Positions 28,366-37,938 of a DNA stretch of 42,604 bases are shown in pieces. Position numbers and translations under genes: made by a program. Location: contig MHLM01000016.1 of the NCBI GenBank assembly GCA_001821395.1, positions 1-42,604 on the forward strand, written 5' to 3'. A model generated the notes under the pieces. It did not search any database. It worked only from the letters and a program-made list of their open reading frames with translations, and had not been told where the DNA came from. The first letter of the stretch is position 1. Every line of letters starts with the position of its first letter. Source of the DNA: Candidatus Lloydbacteria bacterium RIFCSPHIGHO2_02_FULL_50_18. GTDB taxonomy: Bacteria > Patescibacteriota > Minisyncoccia > Phycocordibacterales > UBA6899.

Positions 28366-28440
28366 CTCCGACGCAAGAACAGCGTATCATGCTCGATACG
28401 CTGTTCTTTTTATGGGCAGTTCGACCGCCGTGCAGTGCTG

Positions 28441-29199
28441 CTATTTCTTATCGCGGAAATACTCGCTCATGGTCTTCATTCCTTCAAAAAACTCAACCGG
28501 AAGCGCGAAGATGACCGTCTTTGACGGGTCGGGATTGATCTTCTCGATGGTCTGCAATGTACGCATTGCGATACCTCCGGGGACCCCGGAAAGCACTCCC
28601 GCAGCCTCGGCAAGCTTCTGTGAGGCACTGAACTCCCCTTCCGCACGAATAATGACCGCGCGGCGCTCGCGCTCACTCTCGGCCTGTTTTGCCATGACGC
28701 GCTTCATGTCGGCAGGTAGTTCGAGGTCCTGGATCTTAATGTCGGTCACGTTGATACCCCAACTGTTTGTGGCTTCGTCGACGATCTTCTTGATCGCGTC
28801 GGAGATCTTTTCACGCTCAGAGAGGAGTGCGTCGAGCTCGATGCCGCCGATGACGTCGCGGAGTGCGGCCTGTGCATATTGTGAAACAGCAAGGGCATAA
28901 TTTTGGATATTCAGCGTCGCGAACTCCGCATTTTCAACCTGAAAATAGACGACGGCATTTATTCCCACCGGAACGTTATCTTTGGTGATGACCTCCTGCT
29001 GAGGAATATCGAGCGTCGTGATGCGCAGGTCGATCTTGAACATACGCTGAACTCCCGGGAATATCCACGTGAGTCCCGGCTGTCTCGTTGAAGTATATTT
29101 TCCGAGTGTCAGTATAACCCCGCGTTCATACTGATCGACGACACGAAGACCTGCTATTCCAAAAACAAAAACGAAAGGCAATAATCCAAAAAACTCCAT
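28441..29199 (-). CDS. SPFH/band-7 (stomatin/prohibitin-like) membrane protein.
   Basis: N-terminal TM helix then RVVDQYERGVILTLGKY...PQQEVITKDNV...AVVYFQV. The start is taken at MEFFGLL; a longer N-terminus from 29325 is possible. Confidence 0.8.
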   Translation of the reverse strand: MEFFGLLPFVFVFGIAGLRVVDQYERGVILTLGKYTSTRQPGLTWIFPGVQRMFKIDLRITTLDIPQQEVITKDNVPVGINAVVYFQVENAEFATLNIQNYALAVSQYAQAALRDVIGGIELDALLSEREKISDAIKKIVDEATNSWGINVTDIKIQDLELPADMKRVMAKQAESERERRAVIIRAEGEFSASQKLAEAAGVLSGVPGGIAMRTLQTIEKINPDPSKTVIFALPVEFFEGMKTMSEYFRDKK

Positions 29200-29340
29200 A
29201 AGGTTCGGAATGAATGATAATGCATTGATTATACGTGAATTTGCAACAGACGAAAATGTACTGCTCCTCCGCAAAATAGAAGGGGTAGTGCCACCTAACC
29301 CAAGAATACAACAATGGTCCGACATACATCATGTGAGAAA

Positions 29341-29364
29341 AAACCGCCACAGTGGTGTGGCGGT
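29341..29364 (-). terminator. Terminator aaccgccacagtggtgtggcggtt downstream of 29370..29888.
   Basis: Hairpin plus a U-run in the minus sense. Confidence 0.55.
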
Positions 29365-29369
29365 TCGCT

Positions 29370-29888
29370 TCATGGATGGATAAGACCGTGCGACTCAATG
29401 ATCGTTCGATAAAGGTCCTCAGGGTAAGGCTCGATACGCAGCTTGAGCGCAAGGCCCCGTGCGCGTTCCCAGCAGGTCCCCGTCGAGTTTTCCCACCCCG
29501 GAAGAAAGAAGAGCGTGCCGATGAGCTTGCTCTCAAAGAGCGGCAGATATATCTCATCAAGGATGGGCCAGCAGTAGCCGCTATTTTCCGGATCGCTTTT
29601 CCATTCTTCCCAAATGCGGGAAACTCCTTCCTCAAGCGGCGTTTGATCGAAAACGTGGTCTCCCCGTTCACGGAGCAATCGTACTGCATCCGCAAACACA
29701 AGAAAGTTCAACTTCACGGAATTGAATCCCCCCGTCGAGATCGGCCCGCATACTTGGATGATCGAACCGTGTTCATGCTTGGGAAAACTATGCAGCACGC
29801 TTTGCGCGATCATTCCAACCTCAGCAAAAGAAGCGGCGCGAGAGAGAGACAATCGCCTTGCTCGCGTCCAATAAGGACATTTTTTCAT
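29370..29888 (-). CDS. Hypothetical protein. Possibly a nucleoside 2-deoxyribosyltransferase-like (DUF4406-type) fold.
   Basis: IIQVCGPISTGG resembles the GP[IM]TG motif of that family. The assignment is tentative. Confidence 0.4.
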   Translation of the reverse strand: MKKCPYWTRARRLSLSRAASFAEVGMIAQSVLHSFPKHEHGSIIQVCGPISTGGFNSVKLNFLVFADAVRLLRERGDHVFDQTPLEEGVSRIWEEWKSDPENSGYCWPILDEIYLPLFESKLIGTLFFLPGWENSTGTCWERARGLALKLRIEPYPEDLYRTIIESHGLIHP

Positions 29889-30024
29889 GACGATCCCCGC
29901 CAAATATCTACAACCACGCTAACATATCTTCAAAAAAATACAAAAAAACCCCATCAAGGAGGTTTTTTCACAAACTGCGTCGGCTGAAATTCTTGAGTGC
30001 AGTTCGAGACAACAAGATTGCGGG

Positions 30025-30231
30025 CTATGAAGCGATGTAGGGAAGTAATCCCATGAAACGTGACCGTTTCACTGCAACGGCAAGCGCGCGCTGCTGCTTC
30101 TGACCCAACCCTGAGCGTTTGTGGCCCACGACCTGTCCGTGCGGAGTGAGGAACATACGGAGCAATTCGACGTCTTTGTAATCGATGTACTTGATGTTAT
30201 TTGCCGAAAGATAATCTTGCTGTTTCTTCAT
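30025..30231 (-). CDS. rpsR: 30S ribosomal protein S18.
   Basis: IDYKDVELLRMFLTPHGQV...RSGLGQKQQRALAVAVKRSRFMGLLPY is the classic S18 pattern. Confidence 0.9.
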   Translation of the reverse strand: MKKQQDYLSANNIKYIDYKDVELLRMFLTPHGQVVGHKRSGLGQKQQRALAVAVKRSRFMGLLPYIAS

Positions 30232-30241
30232 GTTGATTTAA

Positions 30242-30736
30242 TTAAAATGGAATATCGTCGGGGTTAATGTCTTCATCGGGGTACTCTATCGTGTCGAGTT
30301 CTGCGGGCTGGGGTTGTGCGGCATTTGCTTTCGGCTGAGCTTTCGGAGCTCCTGTCGGGCTGCCCGTTCCCTTGATCTCCGTCGGGGTATACTCTCCGCT
30401 GGTGCCACCGGCCTTTGGTCCGAACTGGACCCGCTCTGCGTTGATCTCGGTTCGATACTGCTTCTTGCCTTCTTTGTCGTCCCAACTGCGTGTCTGAATG
30501 CGACCTTCGACAAAAACGGATGAGCCCTTACGAAGATACTGTGTGACGATCTCTGCCTGGCGACCGAACACAACAACATTGTGGTAATCAACAGATTCCT
30601 GTTTCACTCCTGCTTTGTCCTTGTAGACGCGATTGGTGGCAACAGAGAATGAAGCTACGGGGGTACCATTCGGGAGGGCTCGTGACTCAGGATCTCTCGT
30701 AAGGTTACCGTAGATGAATGCCTTGTTGATATACAT
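30242..30736 (-). CDS. ssb: Single-stranded DNA-binding protein.
   Basis: OB-fold N-terminus (NKAFIYGNLTRDPE...WHNVVVFGRQAEIV), Gly/Pro-rich linker and acidic tail DDIPF. Confidence 0.9.
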   Translation of the reverse strand: MYINKAFIYGNLTRDPESRALPNGTPVASFSVATNRVYKDKAGVKQESVDYHNVVVFGRQAEIVTQYLRKGSSVFVEGRIQTRSWDDKEGKKQYRTEINAERVQFGPKAGGTSGEYTPTEIKGTGSPTGAPKAQPKANAAQPQPAELDTIEYPDEDINPDDIPF

Positions 30737-30743
30737 GGAATTT

Positions 30744-31202
30744 CTAGCTTATGACGAGGTCCTCGATAGTCTTGTCGATCTCAGCTTCAGTAAGCACAGG
30801 CTTATCTTCCGCCTTTTCCTCAGATCTGACCTCTTCACCGCGCTTCTGTTGAAGAACCTTCTTGGGTACCATCGTGTTCTCACGAACGGTCTTGACCATG
30901 ATGAATCGCAGTATAAGATCATCAGCCTTTAGCTTCACCTCCACCGCCTTCGCTCCGCTTGGTTCGATCTCAAATTTCATCCATCCGAAATATGCGGAAT
31001 GATGCAGTGCACGTTTGTTTTCAGCGATCTTCAGCATCGGATATGCAAGTTCCATGTGTCGGGGAAATTCATCCGCGATCATACTTCCCCCTGCTGCCTC
31101 GATAACGTCACGGATAGCTGTGACCCGTACACCAAGATCGACTTCTGCGACAATTGGGACAATGTGAAATCCGACCTCGTATACTCCGCGGTCCTTTCCC
31201 AT
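30744..31202 (-). CDS. rpsF: 30S ribosomal protein S6 with an acidic C-terminal extension. In-frame alternative starts lie at 31232 and 31244.
   Basis: GVYEVGFHIVP...LAYP resembles the S6 N-terminus (RHYEIVFMVHP...LAYPI). The operon order rpsF-ssb-rpsR is canonical. Confidence 0.75.
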   Translation of the reverse strand: MGKDRGVYEVGFHIVPIVAEVDLGVRVTAIRDVIEAAGGSMIADEFPRHMELAYPMLKIAENKRALHHSAYFGWMKFEIEPSGAKAVEVKLKADDLILRFIMVKTVRENTMVPKKVLQQKRGEEVRSEEKAEDKPVLTEAEIDKTIEDLVIS

Positions 31203-31441
31203 TGCGTCAATGTTTATCTCCTTGTTTTCCATAGATGAGGGCATACTAGCAGAGCTGGGTATTGGTGTCAAACCATTGCAAAACTGAGGTTTTGGAGAGC
31301 ATTACTCTTCGGACACGCCCGCGTTCCCGCCTACCGTGCGCACGATGCGGTTTGGGATTCTCGGTCGGCACCGGGCCATACGAGCAGTAAAAACCTTCAT
31401 TCCGGAGAATAGGCGAATATCCGACGCACATTTGCTCACCA

Positions 31442-32260
31442 CTAGAGACAGAAGATGCGTTTTGCATTCTCCAACAATGTTTCTGTCACGATCTCGGAAT
31501 CTATTCCTTTTATTTCTGCGACGGCACGCACTGTCTCAAGAACATAGGCCGGTTCATTACGTTTACCTCGATAGGGCGCTGGGGCAACATAAGGGGCATC
31601 CGTCTCAACGTGCAGTGAGCCAAGTGGAATATACTTGAGCACTTCGTCGTAATCGTGCGAAAAGGTCAGTACGCCGGTGAATGACATTGTAAAACCCATA
31701 TCAAGAAACTGCTTTGCGATGATAGTATCCCCAACGAAGAAATGCACATTACCCTTCACTCTCCCTCCGTAACGCTCCTGCCCGTTCTTCAGGATATGCA
31801 GAATGTCTTCATAAGCGTCCATGCTCCCCTTCTCCGGTCTGCCGTGGATCATGAGCGGCTTATCGACCGCAGCAGCAAGATCCATTTGCCTCGTGAATAG
31901 TTCCTGTTGGCGATCGGCCTCCGCATCCATGTTCTCAATCCTCCCTCTCGCGCGATCATCTTCCAATCGAAAATAGTCGATTCCACATTCTCCAATTCCG
32001 ACCACGCGGGGATGTTTTGCCATTTTGCAATATGCGGCTTCATCGTATGTCTCAAGCGGATCATCAGTAGGGTGAACGCCTATCGTCGCCCAAATGTCCG
32101 AATGTTCTTCTGCGAGGGCTATCGCACGGAGCGACATCGCCTTGTCCGTCCCCACTACGATCGATGCGACGTGTGCAGCACGCATGCGCAAAAGCACCAG
32201 GGGTAGATCCTCTTCGAAACGCTTGTCATTTAAATGCGAGTGAATGTCTATATATTTCAT
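31442..32260 (-). CDS. tatD: TatD-family metal-dependent deoxyribonuclease/hydrolase.
   Basis: MKYIDIHSHL N-terminus, GIGECGIDY and later His/Asp motifs. The start is placed at the MM pair 32258-32263. The longer listed ORF would read through the REP/RAYT stop region. Confidence 0.85.
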   Translation of the reverse strand: MKYIDIHSHLNDKRFEEDLPLVLLRMRAAHVASIVVGTDKAMSLRAIALAEEHSDIWATIGVHPTDDPLETYDEAAYCKMAKHPRVVGIGECGIDYFRLEDDRARGRIENMDAEADRQQELFTRQMDLAAAVDKPLMIHGRPEKGSMDAYEDILHILKNGQERYGGRVKGNVHFFVGDTIIAKQFLDMGFTMSFTGVLTFSHDYDEVLKYIPLGSLHVETDAPYVAPAPYRGKRNEPAYVLETVRAVAEIKGIDSEIVTETLLENAKRIFCL

Positions 32261-32267
32261 CATATCG

Positions 32268-32930
32268 TCACTCCAAGGTGGAACCTTGGAAATTAAGCCA
32301 GTCGCTGATATATTCGTCAAATTGTTCTGCATGCTCAAAGTATTCGGGAAAATCTTTCACCGAAAGAATGGGTGACTCGATCCGTTGTCTACCCTGCCAG
32401 TCTTGCATACTCGAATAAACATACGCGCTCAAATACTTTTTTGCAGCTGCAGGATCCTTGATTCCCTCTTTTCTCCACGTTGGATCGATGAGTTTGACCG
32501 GATTAAGATGAATGTATGCAAAAAGATACTTCAGGTATTCATCTCGCGACACATACTCCGCCTTGAATGTTCCCTGGAAGAGCGGCCCGACACGTTGGTA
32601 TTTTTTATTAAAGTACATTGTGTATCCCGTCGTCAATTTCCTCATAAACTCAGTGATGCCTGTATCATTTGTTGCACGGACAAGCAGATGGAAATGATTA
32701 GGCATCAATACATATGCACCCATGGCACACTGTGCGTTGCCGCGACCCTTGGGATCAAGCACGTCCCCAGCAAGCAGCTTGTAGACGGTCGGACTATCAC
32801 CATTCGCGTAAAACAACATCCGCTGAAAGCGCACATGATCAGGGTCATCCATGAATACCTGCCGCTTCTCCACTCCACGATTGTAGACATGGTAATACTC
32901 GCCCTCAGAAAAAGTGATATGCCGATTCAT
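32268..32930 (-). CDS. HUH Y1 transposase, IS200-like/RAYT (RAYT-2), 220 aa. Paralog of 11641..12315.
   Basis: YHVYNRGVEKR...YVLMPNHFHLLV...GPLFQGTFKAEYV...YLKYLFAYIHLNPVK. Its last codons lie inside one copy of the palindrome ctccaaggtggaaccttgg (32271-32289). An identical copy lies upstream at 32954-32974. Confidence 0.85.
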   Translation of the reverse strand: MNRHITFSEGEYYHVYNRGVEKRQVFMDDPDHVRFQRMLFYANGDSPTVYKLLAGDVLDPKGRGNAQCAMGAYVLMPNHFHLLVRATNDTGITEFMRKLTTGYTMYFNKKYQRVGPLFQGTFKAEYVSRDEYLKYLFAYIHLNPVKLIDPTWRKEGIKDPAAAKKYLSAYVYSSMQDWQGRQRIESPILSVKDFPEYFEHAEQFDEYISDWLNFQGSTLE

Positions 32931-32953
32931 TGTGGCAATTATACCTCCCCCTA

Positions 32954-32974
32954 CTCCAAGGTGGAACCTTGGAG
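32954..32974. repeat. REP-2 palindrome ctccaaggtggaaccttggag, about 25 bp upstream of the RAYT-2 ATG. A second copy at 32271-32289 overlaps the RAYT-2 stop.
   Basis: 8-bp stem with a 5-nt loop, two identical copies in the same orientation flanking the gene. Confidence 0.8.
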
Positions 32975-33127
32975 TGGATTTTCATGAGCACCCCCCCCCG
33001 AATGGTGCCCTGACTCAAGACATAAGTATTTCGGCCAAAATACCGGAAATGATATCTCGGTCATTAGCCTGCCATGCTTTTCAAAACAAAAAACCGCAAA
33101 AATGCGGTTGTACGGCGTAACCCATGC

Positions 33128-33295
33128 TCAATTTTTCTTTTTGTCCGGAGCTGTGCCGGACTTGTCTTTTTTCTTATGACCATCGGGCTTCTTTTTAGGA
33201 ATGTCTTTCTTCGGCGGTACCGGCTTTGGGTCGCAGCGGCAAAAATCGAAGCAGATCTCGCACACTCCACACGGATGATATTGTTTAACCATCAT
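33128..33295 (-). CDS. Small Cys-rich protein with a Lys-rich tail, about 55 aa (MMVKQYHPCGVCEICFDFCRCD...KKKDK...).
   Basis: GAGGGGGA Shine-Dalgarno before ATGATG. Terminator aaccgcaaaaatgcggtt (33092-33109) directly after the stop. Confidence 0.45.
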   Translation of the reverse strand: MMVKQYHPCGVCEICFDFCRCDPKPVPPKKDIPKKKPDGHKKKDKSGTAPDKKKN

Positions 33296-33397
33296 TCCCC
33301 CTCTCTGCCACATAGGCAAACACGAAACTTATATGAGCGTAGCAAAACAAAAACCACCCCGCAAGGATCCGCAGGGGGGGGTCGTTCAGCAGATATA

Positions 33398-33509
33398 ATA
33401 CCATCTCTCGTTAACCATTTCCGAATAAGTTTCCAAGGAGAGACCTTTCAAAGCCAAGGACTCACCTTTGAAACTTACAGAAACGGAAAAGATTAATTGG
33501 AGATGGTAT
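33398..33509 (+). mobile_element. Element C copy 2, about 98% identical to 20957-21068.
   Basis: ataccatctctcgttaaccatttccgaataagtttccaaggagagacctttcaaagccaaggactcacctttgaaacttacagaaacggaaaagattaattggagatggtat. Confidence 0.8.
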
Positions 33510-33523
33510 GAAAGAAATCTTTT

Positions 33524-34972
33524 CTACGGTAGGCGTCCAAACAGCGGGGTCTCGGGCATTTTATTCTCATGAATGAGGCGCTGTATCTCTTTCGCGGTAC
33601 GGGGGAGAAACGGCTCAAGCAGTATTGCGATACGATAGAGACGCTCAACCATCTCAACGATAAGCACTTCCCCGTCCTCGACGTTCACCTTGATCACCTT
33701 AAAGGGCGCAGTTTCTTGTATATACGCATCGAGTTCGCTTGCGGCCCCCATGACACACTCAAGCGCACGCTTGATATCAAACACATTGAACGCATCGTCG
33801 ATAGCATTGTGGTGATCGAGCTCATGGAGCTCAACGGGGCCATCAAGATGGGTCGTTGCCATCTTCATGATACGGCTCACGAGGTTTCCGATACCATTCT
33901 GCAGGTTCGATGCGTAACTCGCCTTGATACTCTCCAATGTAAGATCGCCGTCTTCAAAAGACGAGATGTCATGCAAGAGCACAAAACGTAACACATCCTC
34001 GGGGAAAGGAGTTACGTCTTTGAATGATGCGACCACATCGAACGGGTTGATCACGTTCCCGAGCGATTTTGACATCTTCTGCCCGCCGCTCATGATGAAG
34101 CCGTTGATGACAATATGTTTTGACGGAGGAAGTTTTGCCGACATGAGCATCGCCTGCCACATTGCGGACTGTTGGCGGTTATTGTCCTTGCCACAATACT
34201 GAATGACCGGCCACCACTTCTCGAACCGATCCATGTCGTCCGGCCAGCCGATGGCAGAGATGTAGTTCACCAAGGCATCAAACCAAACATACATGACGTG
34301 CTCGTCATCCCCCGGCACGGTGACCCCCCAAGGCATCTTTCTGCGAAGACGAGAAATGCTGAAGTCTTCAAGCCCGCGTGCGACGAATGCCTTCGTCTCG
34401 TTAAAACGAAATGAGGGAATGACAAGATCGGGATGCGTTGCGTAAAGCTCAAGCAACGGCTTCGTATAATTAGAAAATTTGAAAAAATAATTCTCTTCTT
34501 CACGGATCTCTATCTCGCGATTAGGATGGATCGAACATCGTCCGTTGACGAGTTCCGAATCGGTCTTCTCAAGCTCACAACCGACGCAATATTTCACCCG
34601 GTAAAGTTTCTTGTAGATATCACCACTTGCGGCACAGCGTTTCCAAAATTCCTGTGCGGACATGACATGATGAGCATCGGTAGTACGGACAAAATTATCG
34701 ACGGAAAGACCGAGTAATCCCTTGAGATCACGGAATCTTGCCGCATAGCGGTCTGTATACGCCTGTGCATCGATCCCCTCCTTTGTGGCGGCTTCATGGA
34801 TCTTTGCGCCGTGCTCATCGGTGCCGGTATTGAAAAAGGCCTCTTTCCCGCTCGAGCGATAATATCGGGCAAGTACATCGGCGCGAATGATCTCCATCGC
34901 AAAACCGACATGCGGGTCAGCATTCACGTAGGGCAATGTTGTCGTTATATACACGCGTTCGTTGTTGGCCAT
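33524..34972 (-). CDS. metG: Methionyl-tRNA synthetase (short form, no C-terminal dimerisation/EMAP domain visible).
   Basis: HIGH-region variant PYVNADPHVGF, KMSKS motif, Zn knuckle CVGCELEK...C. Confidence 0.9.
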   Translation of the reverse strand: MANNERVYITTTLPYVNADPHVGFAMEIIRADVLARYYRSSGKEAFFNTGTDEHGAKIHEAATKEGIDAQAYTDRYAARFRDLKGLLGLSVDNFVRTTDAHHVMSAQEFWKRCAASGDIYKKLYRVKYCVGCELEKTDSELVNGRCSIHPNREIEIREEENYFFKFSNYTKPLLELYATHPDLVIPSFRFNETKAFVARGLEDFSISRLRRKMPWGVTVPGDDEHVMYVWFDALVNYISAIGWPDDMDRFEKWWPVIQYCGKDNNRQQSAMWQAMLMSAKLPPSKHIVINGFIMSGGQKMSKSLGNVINPFDVVASFKDVTPFPEDVLRFVLLHDISSFEDGDLTLESIKASYASNLQNGIGNLVSRIMKMATTHLDGPVELHELDHHNAIDDAFNVFDIKRALECVMGAASELDAYIQETAPFKVIKVNVEDGEVLIVEMVERLYRIAILLEPFLPRTAKEIQRLIHENKMPETPLFGRLP

Positions 34973-34984
34973 AAAAAATATGAG

Positions 34985-36127
34985 CTATGGAACATCATCA
35001 AAGATCTTCCTTGCTTTCGCAATGTCGTTCAGAAATTCCATGAGTATTGCAGTGATGGGTACCGAGAGAATGATGCCCAGAAAACCCGCCATCTTTGCCC
35101 CGACCACGAGCGCGATGATGACGAGCACGGGAGGAATACCAACGATCTTGCGCACGACTTCAGGATAAATGACGTGACTTTCGATCTGCTGAATAACGAA
35201 ATAGATGGCCATCACAATGAGCGCAGCATTCACTCCGGGCGCTACTGAAAGCGCATGCGCGAGCGGATTGATACCGTTCACAAATGCGAGTGATACTCCC
35301 GGGATCGCGGAGAGGATCGGTCCGAATACGGGAATAAGCTCAAACATCATCGCTATAACGGCCAAGAAGAGTGCGGACGGTATGCCGAGCATCGTCATAA
35401 TGAGAAAAACAAGAACTCCCACCACCACACCGAGCATCAGTTGCCCCTGAGCCCATAGTCCGATCTTCGCCTGAGATCGTTTCCAGAGGTCGACCACATA
35501 CGAGCGAGAGTTTATGGGAGTGATGAGGCGTAAGAAATTCTCGATACCGCGCTCCTGCGATGAAAGATAGAATGAAAGCACCATAATGAGAATAAAGGAG
35601 AGCACTCCCCCGAAGAATACGCTCGCCGAATGTAGCGCACCACCTCCCTCGATATTCCCCTTGATAAGATCGAGGACGTTCGCACTCTCGAGTAGCCCCT
35701 TTTGCAGTTCAACTGTCGGAGGGACGAGGGCGGTCGTTGCAAGATCGGTCGTTGCACTATCGGTAAAAGAAAAGAAGGTCGAAGTATCGATGGCACCGGG
35801 TAGCATGCGGACCAGCTGGCTGACGTCGGTAATGATCGCGGGAACGAAGAAATAAAAGACTCCGACGAGCGAAAAGATCCCGAAGCCGTAGACCATGACG
35901 AGCGCGAGTAGGCGTGGAATATATTTGTCGATGACCGGCACCCTTTTTTTGACCAAAAAGTGCACCGCCGGCTCTATTGCCGATGCCAGCACGATAGCCG
36001 TCAGCACGATGAGGATGACGTCCCGTAAAAACCACAGTAGCGCAAATAAGACGATGATCACGAGCGTGCGGATAATCGTTCCCGTGGAGATGTGAATATG
36101 GGCAATGCCGTCCTCGTTTTTCTTCAT
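34985..36127 (-). CDS. AI-2E family transporter (PerM/UPF0118 family) membrane protein.
   Basis: Multi-TM protein whose C-terminal region (IESHVIYPEVVRKIVGIPPVLVIIALVVGAKMAGFLGIILSVPITA) is typical of this family. Confidence 0.75.
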   Translation of the reverse strand: MKKNEDGIAHIHISTGTIIRTLVIIVLFALLWFLRDVILIVLTAIVLASAIEPAVHFLVKKRVPVIDKYIPRLLALVMVYGFGIFSLVGVFYFFVPAIITDVSQLVRMLPGAIDTSTFFSFTDSATTDLATTALVPPTVELQKGLLESANVLDLIKGNIEGGGALHSASVFFGGVLSFILIMVLSFYLSSQERGIENFLRLITPINSRSYVVDLWKRSQAKIGLWAQGQLMLGVVVGVLVFLIMTMLGIPSALFLAVIAMMFELIPVFGPILSAIPGVSLAFVNGINPLAHALSVAPGVNAALIVMAIYFVIQQIESHVIYPEVVRKIVGIPPVLVIIALVVGAKMAGFLGIILSVPITAILMEFLNDIAKARKIFDDVP

Positions 36128-36181
36128 TTTCCCATCATAGCATTGCGCGCGCAGAGACTCAATGAACCGGACTACGGACGT

Positions 36182-37453
36182 TTACAGCTTGAGCAGATCA
36201 AGGAATGGTTTTTTCTCCTTCCACGGACCAATGAGTGCCAAGTTGAGATGCTCGGTCACGAATATCTCTTGCGCAACGCGCAAAATATCCTTTGCCGTTA
36301 CCTTTTTCATCTCTGCAACGAGATCTTCAGGTGTGGTCATTTTTTTGCGAAGTATTTCTTGAAAGCCGAAGAATTCCGCTATTTCATCGGATGATTCCAG
36401 CCCGAGCATAAGTCTGCCTGCCATCATGTCTTTTGCTTTTTGCAGTTCGATCGCCGGAACAAGGTCGGTCTTCAGGCGTTTCAACTCGGCAAGAATAGCG
36501 CTCACCGCCTCCAACGCACGATCGTTCACCACTCCGGCAGAAGCGGCAAACATGCCATGATCGGTGAATGAGTCATTTGCGGCACGAACATAGTAGCCAA
36601 GTCCCATTTCAGTGCGCACTTTTTGAAAAAGACGCGAACTCATTCCGCCACCTAGGACCGCTGACATGACGCCGAGCACCGGATAAGACTTGTGTGTGAG
36701 TGGGAAGCTGCGGACGCCAAGAATAAGGTGCGTCTGATCGGACTCTTTATGCCGCACAAGCACCGCTGGGCGTGACTGGACATCAACCACCGGAAGCTTT
36801 GAATACTTCTTTCCTTTTTGCAGACCGGCGAACTGCTTTTTGATCGCCGCCTCGGTCTTTTTCACATTGAACTTACCGGCAACGACAAGCATAGTTGCAG
36901 AAGGGACATAGTGCATCGCACGATACGCAATGAAATCCGAGCGCGTAAACGTGTTCACGAGCGCTTTTGGTCCTGCGATCTCCCACCCCGCAGGCTGGTC
37001 ACCATAGACCAATTTCATGAAGAGATCCCCGACCTTGCGCATCGGCATGTCTTCATACATGTTAATCTCACCCACGATCGCACCGCGTTCCTGTTCGATG
37101 TCTTCCTTCTTCAACAGTGAGTTACAGTAAATATCCGAAATGAGGTCGAGCGCATCAGGCAAGTGTCCGGCCGCGACCTTCACGTAATAGCCGGTGTATT
37201 CGTGCCCGGTGAATGCATTATATTCGGCACCCATACTATCGAGCTCGCGACTGATAATAAGCTGATTGGGGCGATTCGAGGTTCCCTTAAAACACATATG
37301 TTCGAGAAAATGCGAGATACCGTTCTTTTCTTTTGTCTCGTATTTTGAGCCTGTTTCAACAAGAACAAGGGCGGTTGCCGTGCGCTGATCGTTCATAGGT
37401 ACCAACAGCAATTTCATGCCGTTTCTCAATTTCTTTATCATCGGTTTTTTCAT
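36182..37453 (-). CDS. M16-family (pitrilysin/insulinase-like) zinc peptidase.
   Basis: Inverted zinc motif HFLEHMCFKGT (HxxEH). The start is taken at MKKPMIKK. Confidence 0.85.
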   Translation of the reverse strand: MKKPMIKKLRNGMKLLLVPMNDQRTATALVLVETGSKYETKEKNGISHFLEHMCFKGTSNRPNQLIISRELDSMGAEYNAFTGHEYTGYYVKVAAGHLPDALDLISDIYCNSLLKKEDIEQERGAIVGEINMYEDMPMRKVGDLFMKLVYGDQPAGWEIAGPKALVNTFTRSDFIAYRAMHYVPSATMLVVAGKFNVKKTEAAIKKQFAGLQKGKKYSKLPVVDVQSRPAVLVRHKESDQTHLILGVRSFPLTHKSYPVLGVMSAVLGGGMSSRLFQKVRTEMGLGYYVRAANDSFTDHGMFAASAGVVNDRALEAVSAILAELKRLKTDLVPAIELQKAKDMMAGRLMLGLESSDEIAEFFGFQEILRKKMTTPEDLVAEMKKVTAKDILRVAQEIFVTEHLNLALIGPWKEKKPFLDLLKL

Positions 37454-37550
37454 GAAAAAATTATAGCATATCTCTCGGATGCCAATGATTATTGACATCA
37501 TTTCACAGCGCAGTACACTCTTAGACAGAATATTGTTTAAAGAGAGGTTC

Positions 37551-37880
37551 ATGAAGCCAATCATAGTGGAGGACACTCACACGCTCGGAACGATCAGCGT
37601 CTCGGTGCACACAGATCATGATGATTCTGCGTTGCAATTTTCCATGAGCTACACACTGCAACCGGATGGTTTTATTAATACGATCCACCCGATCGAGATC
37701 GTGCCAACGCATCCGCGACAACACTCGCGGAGTGCAGCAGCCACCCTCTATCCCGACCTGGAAGTGGCGACTGCTCTTTCAGTGGTTGTTCAATATTTTC
37801 AGTATGTAAAACGTCATCTTTCAGGACAGAGATCACGGCCAAGCTCATTCGAAAAATGGAGCAATAAAGCATGGTCATAA
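37551..37880 (+). CDS. Hypothetical protein of about 110 aa.
   Basis: AGAGAGG Shine-Dalgarno before the ATG. A 13-bp-stem bidirectional terminator (37883-37915) lies immediately after the stop. Confidence 0.45.
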   Translation: MKPIIVEDTHTLGTISVSVHTDHDDSALQFSMSYTLQPDGFINTIHPIEIVPTHPRQHSRSAAATLYPDLEVATALSVVVQYFQYVKRHLSGQRSRPSSFEKWSNKAWS

Positions 37881-37882
37881 TA

Positions 37883-37915
37883 AACACCTCTCGAACATTT
37901 ACATTCGAGAGGTGT
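37883..37915. terminator. Bidirectional terminator aacacctctcgaa-cattta-cattcgagaggtgtt with a T-run, shared by the convergent genes 37551..37880 and glyQS.
   Basis: 13-bp perfect stem. Confidence 0.7.
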
Positions 37916-37938
37916 TTTTCTTCAACAACAAGCGTTCG

